Below are positions 11,214 to 18,020 of a stretch of DNA of 22,382 nt, piece after piece. Under the pieces are notes generated by a model. It was not told the origin of the DNA. It saw only the letters and a list, made by a program, of their open reading frames with translations, and did no database searches. Every line of letters begins with the position of its first letter. Positions within the stretch are counted from its first letter, which is position 1. The position numbers and the translations under genes are program-made. Location: assembly GCA_048128005.1 (NCBI GenBank), contig JBEUKZ010000114.1, positions 124,001-146,382 on the forward strand, in the 5' to 3' direction. This DNA comes from Veleropilina oligotropha (taxonomy: Eukaryota).

Positions 11214-12135
11214 AGGATGTGATGTATCTTTCCCCACCTTTGCAATTGGGATAATGGTAGCTTCCCTCCACGAGGGAGGGAAGGTTCGTTTCCCAGATAG
11301 TATTGAATATTGCAAGTAGAGTTGCAAGTGATGTTCCAGGTAAGTGCTTAAGTAATTGATAGTGAATGTCATCAGGGCCAACTGATGTGTCATGCGCCTT
11401 GTTTAGTGAATCTGTGAGTTCCTTGTGTGAAAATGGCTGATTGTTTGATCTAAAATTGAGCCTTGTTTTTTCTGTTTGATGCTTAACACGGCTGAATTTT
11501 GGAGTGCAGTTGGCGGATGATGAATTGGCAGAAAAAGGTATCTGCCAATGTGTTTGCAATGTCTTTAGCTGTAGTTGCTTCTGATGTGTTTGTTTTAAGG
11601 TGCTTGATGCAGTTGGGTGTATGTTTGCCACTAATTTTACGGATCATATCCCATGTCTTTTTAATAGTGGAACGAGAGTTTACTTTGGTAACGCAGGAAT
11701 GCCAGGATTCCCTTTTGCTTTGCTTGATGGTACGTCTGGCTTGTGCTCTTAATAGCCTAAATCTATTAAGATTTTGTAGGATTGGGTGCCGTTTAAATGT
11801 TGAAATTGCATGTATGCGTGCTTTGGTTGCTTGTCTGCAGTCTTCATTAAACCAAGGTTTATTTTTGTGTTTGGCATTTGGACAGGTCTTTGGAATTGAG
11901 AGTGTTGCAATATCGTGTAATGTTGTAGAGAAACTTGATATTGGGTCTTCGCCATGCGTGAATTGATGTGAGTGTAATTGCTCTTCGTAAAGAGATTGGA
12001 ATTTTTCCCCAATCTGCTTTGCGAAGTTTCCACCTTTCTGTATGTTCTTGTGCTTGATTGATTGTGCTTTCCATGAAAATTGGAAAGTGGTCACTTCCGC
12101 GGAGTTCCTCACCAACTTTCCAAGTAAAGTCCAGG
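11214..12135 (-). mobile_element. Internal ORF2 fragment of the same LINE family, copy C, bounded by copy B and the Polinton-like element
   Basis: Collinear with ~7643-8573 (copy B) and ~1416-2350 (copy A). Motifs KPWFNEDC, GPDDIHYQLLKHL, WREATIIPI. Homology ends at ...aaagtccagga (~12136). Confidence 0.92.
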
Positions 12136-12600
12136 AGCAGCAGGGGGGGTCAATAGACTTTTTAGAATGGGAAAATACAGCGCCCAGCACCATTTCAGAA
12201 CTCAGGGTAGCTCGGACTAGTCAGCAGGGGAGTTTAGACTAGGGCCCCGGGGCGACCGGGAAGGCTCCCAGCTATATTTCAGACCCCAGGGGTAGGGATT
12301 GTATTACAAAAAGTCACCGTGTGTACAAACTAGGGTAGCTTAGAATAGTAAATTAAATTAAAACACTTACCTGTGGACATTTCGGCCGAAACTCATATCA
12401 CTAATCCCCCTCCAGCCTTCTACAGCCTTCTAGATCAGTTTATTGCCACATTTCCATATATAACTTGTTGACGAGCTCTGTTCGTTCTAGAGCTTTCCAC
12501 GTACACATACTTGTTGACGATCTGTGATCATTCTAGAAGGCTGTATTGCCACGTGACCATGACTCCACTAGATTACTGTCCACCATGTAAACATGGGGAC
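12136..12600. repeat. Candidate left terminal inverted repeat / terminal noncoding region (inner boundary unknown)
   Basis: Starts with 5'-AG in a trinucleotide repeat, as Polinton termini do, and contains short direct and inverted repeats. The partner TIR is outside the window, so it cannot be verified. Confidence 0.55.
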
Positions 12601-13156
12601 TGATATATTATTTCTGTGCCAAACGGAATGTTGGGGACCAGAAAAAGAAATCTGGGCCAATCTTTCTTGACTTGAGCCAGAAAATTTTTATATCTGGGTC
12701 GACTCGGGACTGCGAGGTATTTCATTCATACGCGCAGAAGCAGCCAGACAGCATTTCTATAGTACTATAGAAATGGCGTGTCATGCTTTTAACGACTGTT
12801 GCCGTTCATAAATCGGGCACGAATGAACCAAGTAGATGGCTGCCTGGGATATTAATATTATTATTTAATACATTGATGTCTCTCCTAGTGTAGCTCTAAG
12901 CGCAGTACAAACTATAACTAATATTACAGTACAATGTACACAAGAATATACAGGAGAGACATCAATGATACATACTTAAGCAATAATAATAATAAACAGA
13001 ATATTTTTTTCGAGTTTTTCAATTTTATCTTTTTTTTACAAGCGCAATCAGACAAAGAGGTGAAGCAGCCCCTGCGTGAACTTCAACCAACTTTGAATGG
13101 TACAATATACGCAGGGGAAAGCCGGAAAAATATGTTTTAATGCAGGAGCAGCTGGT

Positions 13157-13588
13157 TTATATGAATATATAGTTACCCGATATTAAAGTACAATTACAGG
13201 GTGAGATTTGTCCGACTTTTCTCCACACACCGAAGCAGCCAGACAGCATGGTATAATACTCCCCATTTTTTCCAGGACATAACGAGGGGGTCGAACACTG
13301 GACACATGTGACAGTATCTCTTGGTGTGGCAGGGCTACAGTCATTCTCTCCGATAATAAAATAGTGGCATGACGGTGGAGAGACATCAGGGGTGGGGTCT
13401 CTACCCGGGCGAAGAAGCAAGTTTCTACGTAAGGGGTCAAATCGGGCGTTATACCAGGGATGATTTCGGTACCTAGTCCACGTATGTTCCAGAATTAATG
13501 CAGTGTTGTGTGTCGACGCCTGGGTAGACACACCCCCTAGCCAGCACACCGCGGCAATACACAGTAGCATAGATTTCATGGATTTCAT
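13157..13588 (-). CDS. Predicted secreted cysteine-rich protein (143 aa), possible cystine-knot cytokine-like
   Basis: Signal-peptide-like N-terminus (MKSMLLCIAAVCWLGGVSTQA). Eight Cys in the C-terminal 70 aa, ending in CNC. TATA-like motif upstream and ATTAAA just downstream on the minus strand. Confidence 0.65.
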   Translation of the reverse strand: MKSMKSMLLCIAAVCWLGGVSTQASTHNTALILEHTWTRYRNHPWYNARFDPLRRNLLLRPGRDPTPDVSPPSCHYFIIGENDCSPATPRDTVTCVQCSTPSLCPGKNGEYYTMLSGCFGVWRKVGQISPCNCTLISGNYIFI

Positions 13589-13619
13589 GGTTGTCCAGAT
13601 ATCACTGTCGATTTCTAGC

Positions 13620-13626
13620 TTTAATA
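13620..13626 (-). promoter_or_regulatory. Candidate TATA box (TATTAAA) for the secreted Cys-rich gene
   Basis: TATTAAA about 32 nt upstream of the ATG at 13588, in the 82-bp intergenic gap, preceded by a GC-rich stretch. Confidence 0.4.
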
Positions 13627-13670
13627 CGGGGGAGGAGCGGGGTAGTCGTGGCTACGCTCAACCTGGATAG

Positions 13671-14306
13671 TTAGTCGCCAGCTCCGATTTTTTTCAGCAG
13701 CTCTGCACGACCCTCTAAACGACCACGCTCAATAAGCTCGCTCTGGGTCTGTGAAATCGCGGTGTGCGCCTTCCTACTCTTATCCCGAATTGATGCCTTC
13801 ATGGCTTGGTATTTCAACATCTCCCCTGTGACCAGTTGGAATTCATCATCAGACATCACCCCGTCCGATAATGCCTTTGAGACGTGGTCGGTTATGGTAT
13901 TCAGCTTGCTGTCGGCCAGGACTCGAATCTCGTCGTGTTTCTTAGCCTTCACCCCGAGGCGCCGGCTGATATACTTTCCACCCATACTAGCGAGCCCACA
14001 CCCTAATGCCGCTAGTTCCAGCACTAGGACGACCGGGGCGGCTACAATTGTGGACAGTAGACCAATTCCAGCGCTACCCATACCAAGTGTGGCGACGACT
14101 AGTCCGTTATCTATACCGTCAACGACGTTAACACCTCGTCGGTACTTTTTATATAGTGCAGCCCGAGCATCCCGTTCTCGTTCTAATTGTCCCTGAAGCT
14201 CATTCACTTTCTGTAGTCGGAAAGACTGTGCCTCATGCAGTTCCGAAGGCACATCGCCACCAAGTTGTGGGTACAGCGTTGGCGCTGAGGGTTTGTTGTC
14301 CATCAT
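13671..14306 (-). CDS. Two-transmembrane (helical hairpin) protein with flanking charged helices, ~211 aa
   Basis: The likely start is the ATG at 14306 (ATGA overlap with the upstream stop) rather than 14378. Hydrophobic Gly/Ala-rich hairpin LVVATLGMGSAGIGLLSTIVAAPVVLVLELAALGCGLASMGG lies between coiled-coil-like segments. Confidence 0.8.
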   Translation of the reverse strand: MMDNKPSAPTLYPQLGGDVPSELHEAQSFRLQKVNELQGQLERERDARAALYKKYRRGVNVVDGIDNGLVVATLGMGSAGIGLLSTIVAAPVVLVLELAALGCGLASMGGKYISRRLGVKAKKHDEIRVLADSKLNTITDHVSKALSDGVMSDDEFQLVTGEMLKYQAMKASIRDKSRKAHTAISQTQSELIERGRLEGRAELLKKIGAGD

Positions 14307-14650
14307 ACGTGGCTGTATTGTTCCGCCTGTTTGTTTAAAATGTCTACTGTAACGTTCAAATACAGAGTGCCGACCCACGGGGCCTTGATGACAAAGGCGA
14401 GGGTTAACTTATCCGAATCCAGGCTGAGTTTACTTATGGAACATGCCTTGGGGCCCCCGGCCGGCTGGACCGGCGTCAGGTGGATCATTAGAAGGGCTGG
14501 GTTCAACCCGAACCGACCTCTAGTGTTTGGAAACATGAACTCCCTCCTCGCCAGCCCCTTATTGGGCGCTACCCCACAATTAAGGACAAAGTGCCACCGG
14601 GTCGGGGAAGAGGGCTCGTCTGCAAGCAGGGTCCCGTAGATGCTGCTCAT
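14303..14650 (-). CDS. Hypothetical viral protein (115 aa, beta-strand-like pattern)
   Basis: Exactly fills the gap between its neighbours, with ATGA start/stop overlaps at both ends. Confidence 0.65.
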   Translation of the reverse strand: MSSIYGTLLADEPSSPTRWHFVLNCGVAPNKGLARREFMFPNTRGRFGLNPALLMIHLTPVQPAGGPKACSISKLSLDSDKLTLAFVIKAPWVGTLYLNVTVDILNKQAEQYSHV

Positions 14651-15387
14651 TGTATCGCAAGGACTGCGGAAATAGGCATACCGTGATTGTCGAGCGGTTT
14701 ACCATCTGAGTCTGTGATGTAAACCTTCAACTCTGTGATTAGCCCGGCCTGTAGTCGCCGGCCGGCGGGATAGCTATGATAGTGGCCAGCTTCACCGAAC
14801 ATCTGCGACGTGATAGGGACCACCGCGAGAATAGTGCTCGGGGCGCCGTCCTTCACATTGTGCGTTGTACTAAGCTGCTCCAGGTGGACGTGCAGGGTTG
14901 GCGCTATGGCAAACCCGACAGGCTTATTCCCGTCATAAGTCCCAGGGCGTAGCCACTCGGATCTCTCCGGAGGGGGAGGTGGTTGGCCCTGTACTCCCCG
15001 AACCGGTTGGTTCAGATTCCCTGCTTTATCGAGAATAAACGAAGAGAGGTCTAAGCCGAGGAGTTTTCGTATATCGTCACTTATCGCGAGTCGAGTCCCC
15101 TCTGGGACCACGATTCGGGCGAGCCCTGTAGCATGGCTTACATCTAGTTGTAGGTTAACTAGCGACCTCTTCATCGTCTTGGCGAGGTCATCGAAGCTGT
15201 AGAAACCTGGTGCCACGTCGACCGTGGTATCCGGGGTCTTAAAGAAGGCTCCGGCATGCACGTTGTGCCAGCCTACCCAATAGTCGAGCGACTGCAAGCT
15301 GACACATAGCTTGCTGTCCCGGTTATCAATCGGCTCCAGGAGGGCAACCGCGGTCCCCTCTTGAACGTTTGTTAATGTGTGAAACAT
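14647..15387 (-). CDS. Minor capsid protein (penton, single jelly-roll)
   Basis: 246 aa with the Polinton/virophage penton pattern: VSLQSL..WHNV, VAPGFYSFDDL, PSTILAVVP, ITELKVYITDSDGKPLDNHG.PISAVLAI at the C-terminus. Confidence 0.82.
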   Translation of the reverse strand: MFHTLTNVQEGTAVALLEPIDNRDSKLCVSLQSLDYWVGWHNVHAGAFFKTPDTTVDVAPGFYSFDDLAKTMKRSLVNLQLDVSHATGLARIVVPEGTRLAISDDIRKLLGLDLSSFILDKAGNLNQPVRGVQGQPPPPPERSEWLRPGTYDGNKPVGFAIAPTLHVHLEQLSTTHNVKDGAPSTILAVVPITSQMFGEAGHYHSYPAGRRLQAGLITELKVYITDSDGKPLDNHGMPISAVLAIQ

Positions 15388-15394
15388 AGTAGCT

Positions 15395-16678
15395 ATGGCT
15401 AAGAGCGCCTTTGCGTTTAATAGGAGTGCGGCCTATCCGACCGGTGTGGTGTACCCAGCAAAGATCAAAGATGAGCAGCTTACGAGACCAAGCATCAATG
15501 TGGGTAATAGCTCAACCACTACATTCGGGGCAACATACCCTGACGTCTTTCAGAAATACCGCCTCCCTCATGTCGCTAGTGACGGGCTGATAAGGGATTG
15601 GAACAGCACGCCGATGAGGTTCTGGCAGAACAAGGTCAATTTCGCAGTTTGGTGTGCCACAACAGGTTCCGGAATCTCCTCAGAAGACCACTTAAATGCG
15701 ACCGACCCCCTCTCCACTGCTGTATTCACCTTCCACGTCTACTATCAGGTCAGACGAATCTTATCCGAAATTCAGGCGCCGCTGCCACAGGACCGGACGT
15801 GGGATGCATTCGACAACCCGTATGACCGCAGGGCATATGAGAAGATCTGCAGCGAATTTGGGGTGTCTCCCCATACCGACTGGCGTGTCAAGGGTCCCAA
15901 CGGCGGACTAGGCACCGCTTACAGCTACTGGACGAACAACGGCTACCACCCCATCGGACGTGACTATGATCCAAGCCGAATGTCCTTCACCAAAGGTACG
16001 ACCAACACGAATCTGCACGTGGACTACATCGCGCAAGCGCCTGCACTTAAAAACGGTTGGGCTACTTTTATTCTGGACAGGTCGGTGGGATTCACGAGGG
16101 CCGGCGTGGAAAGGCTCAATGATTCCATCAGGACCTACGTCTGGGCTATTCTTGGAGCGCAGGCTCAAACGCGTGCAAGTATTCTGGGTAGTGGGACGGC
16201 GTTTGACGCACAGAAACAGTTCCTGGCGAACGTGGAAGACGCCATCGCATCCCCCGTTGACCTCCCAGCAGCCATCAAACGGTACCAAGAGGTGCTCCAG
16301 TATGCGAGGTCCAAAGTGGACTTCGTATTCGGCGTTGGCCTGTACATGGCGCCAAGTAACATGCTTCTACGGATCGGGCAGGTGGCTGGTTATAACAATG
16401 AGATCGTCGTCGCCACGGAAGACCAGACACTCGGTCTTAATACTACGGTGAACGCGGCCAATCCTGTGCCGCACAACGCCACTGGGGATACTGGAGAAAC
16501 AGGACTGGTTATTCCACAAGACGCAGATGCAAGCATACCGGTAGTTACTCCGAAGCATCCAAGCTCTCTGCCAGCTGTGGCCTCAGTGGCGGCTGTTCCA
16601 GCGGCACATGACGAGGAGAAAACCGCACTTATCGTGGGCGGCATTGTCGTTGGTCTAGCGTTTATTTGGCTTACGTGA
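15395..16678 (+). CDS. Hypothetical viral protein with C-terminal membrane anchor (427 aa)
   Basis: Long uninterrupted ORF with an aromatic-rich globular region, an Ala/Pro/Val-rich linker, and a terminal hydrophobic helix ALIVGGIVVGLAFIWLT. Confidence 0.85.
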   Translation: MAKSAFAFNRSAAYPTGVVYPAKIKDEQLTRPSINVGNSSTTTFGATYPDVFQKYRLPHVASDGLIRDWNSTPMRFWQNKVNFAVWCATTGSGISSEDHLNATDPLSTAVFTFHVYYQVRRILSEIQAPLPQDRTWDAFDNPYDRRAYEKICSEFGVSPHTDWRVKGPNGGLGTAYSYWTNNGYHPIGRDYDPSRMSFTKGTTNTNLHVDYIAQAPALKNGWATFILDRSVGFTRAGVERLNDSIRTYVWAILGAQAQTRASILGSGTAFDAQKQFLANVEDAIASPVDLPAAIKRYQEVLQYARSKVDFVFGVGLYMAPSNMLLRIGQVAGYNNEIVVATEDQTLGLNTTVNAANPVPHNATGDTGETGLVIPQDADASIPVVTPKHPSSLPAVASVAAVPAAHDEEKTALIVGGIVVGLAFIWLT

Positions 16679-17984
16679 CCCACTGTCTAGCGGCAATAAG
16701 AAGCAAGCCCCCAACTGATATGACCAGTGCCCATAGGTTTTCAGCGAGCCACGATGCTGTCTTGCCAATCAGGTTGATTAGCCAGGAGACCAGGCTTCCA
16801 AGTATTCCTGGGAGCACGGCTGCGGCCTTCCCTGCTAGCTTGCCCAGAATCCGACCCAGGGTCTTCAGCTGCTTTTTTACCCACTCCTTGACCCCGCCCT
16901 GACCACTGGGAGGTGGTGGTGGCGTTGGCGGGCTTGTTGCTCCACCTGTCAGGGCTAGTACCAAAGTCGAGATGGCGAGCCCGATAGCGGTGAGTATTGT
17001 TGCGATCGTAACCCCTTGCTCGCGGAACAGGGTCCGGATACGCTCGGCCAGCGTTGTGTCGGTGTTCAGGATCCGACTTATCATCTCTCGGATCCGGCTG
17101 ATTTGAGAGCGAAGGGCCTCCCGGCTTGATGATGCTGCCTCTAGGCGAGCTGCTCTTTCATCATTCAGGTCGCGCAGACGTTCCGCGATCCGTCGACGGA
17201 TGAACTCATCCACACCGCCCTCTTCATCTGCCTGATCGAGCTTCATCTTCTCCAGCTCTATGTGTTCATCCAGCGCCGTTAGCTTGGCTAAGTTGTTCGT
17301 GAGTTCGCCTCGGATGGTCTGCATCGCCTTGTCAAGTCCGCGAAGCTCGCGAAGATTTAATGGAGGGTCCCCCATTGTGCCTAAGATCTCTTCAACCTCG
17401 GTATCAGTGAATTTCGTCTCCATCGTGTGGATTGCTACCGAGGCATCAGTAGCAGTCTGCCCCAAGTCCCGCAGTTCTACGTTTTCGACATTAGCGGCCG
17501 CACCGCTCAACTCGTTGTCGGCTGTCTGAAGAGCTGCAACCGCTTTTGAGGACGGCTTTTGTCCCCCCCGCGTCCAGTGTACAAAACCCAACCCTTCACG
17601 GATTGCATCACCCCCACCAGGCCGGCCAGCTATTGTTGACAACGCCAAGGGGTTGCCGGTGCGAGAATTTATGAGATTGATGTCGGGGTAGTCCGTCATC
17701 ACCAATTTCCCCCCCCTCCCTAATTTTCCCCTCACATACTTGAATTTTGAATAATCTCGCCCCGTGGCTGGGGTCTGCCCCTCCTGTGCCAGGGCTTTGT
17801 AGTAGTCGTCAACCACGCCCTGAACGAGCTCTTGCTGAAGACTGCTGGTTCCTTCCTGTGGCCGTTCCGAAAGAACAGGCATAAACCGGTCGGTGGATAG
17901 ATCCACATCAGTATCGTCGATGATGGTATCATCGTTGTCGATGAGATCGTCCGGCTCGAATGCGGGGTTCTCGAATTCCGCCAT
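16671..17984 (-). CDS. Coiled-coil membrane protein (437 aa), candidate entry/membrane-penetration protein
   Basis: Acidic N-terminus with FENPAF, a long heptad region, TM helix VTIATILTAIGLAISTLVLAL, a poly-Pro hinge, amphipathic Lys/Trp helices and a terminal TM helix. Confidence 0.85.
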   Translation of the reverse strand: MAEFENPAFEPDDLIDNDDTIIDDTDVDLSTDRFMPVLSERPQEGTSSLQQELVQGVVDDYYKALAQEGQTPATGRDYSKFKYVRGKLGRGGKLVMTDYPDINLINSRTGNPLALSTIAGRPGGGDAIREGLGFVHWTRGGQKPSSKAVAALQTADNELSGAAANVENVELRDLGQTATDASVAIHTMETKFTDTEVEEILGTMGDPPLNLRELRGLDKAMQTIRGELTNNLAKLTALDEHIELEKMKLDQADEEGGVDEFIRRRIAERLRDLNDERAARLEAASSSREALRSQISRIREMISRILNTDTTLAERIRTLFREQGVTIATILTAIGLAISTLVLALTGGATSPPTPPPPPSGQGGVKEWVKKQLKTLGRILGKLAGKAAAVLPGILGSLVSWLINLIGKTASWLAENLWALVISVGGLLLIAARQWVT

Positions 17985-18020
17985 TTGAATACATCAGTGG
18001 GATACGCATCTAATTCAGCC

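Noticed and set aside
5160..11230. Target-site duplication for LINE copy B
   Set aside because: The 5' flank (aggatgtgatg) is not repeated beside the 3' tail, which abuts a microsatellite. A simple insertion of B into C with a TSD is not supported.
2091..11966. Recurrent plus-strand ORFs antisense to LINE ORF1/ORF2 (e.g. 2091, 8170, 8381, 10209, 11499)
   Set aside because: Shadow frames of the LINE coding strand. Their similarity to each other only reflects the repeated element.
11085..12242. ORFs crossing the copy B/C and copy C/virus junctions (11085..11393, 11191..11631, 11483..12193, 12042..12242)
   Set aside because: Chance read-through across insertion junctions. There is no evidence for functional chimeric genes.
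12934..13140. 68-aa plus-strand ORF
   Set aside because: Low-complexity A/T tracts, more likely the 3' UTR/terminator region of the minus-strand genes.
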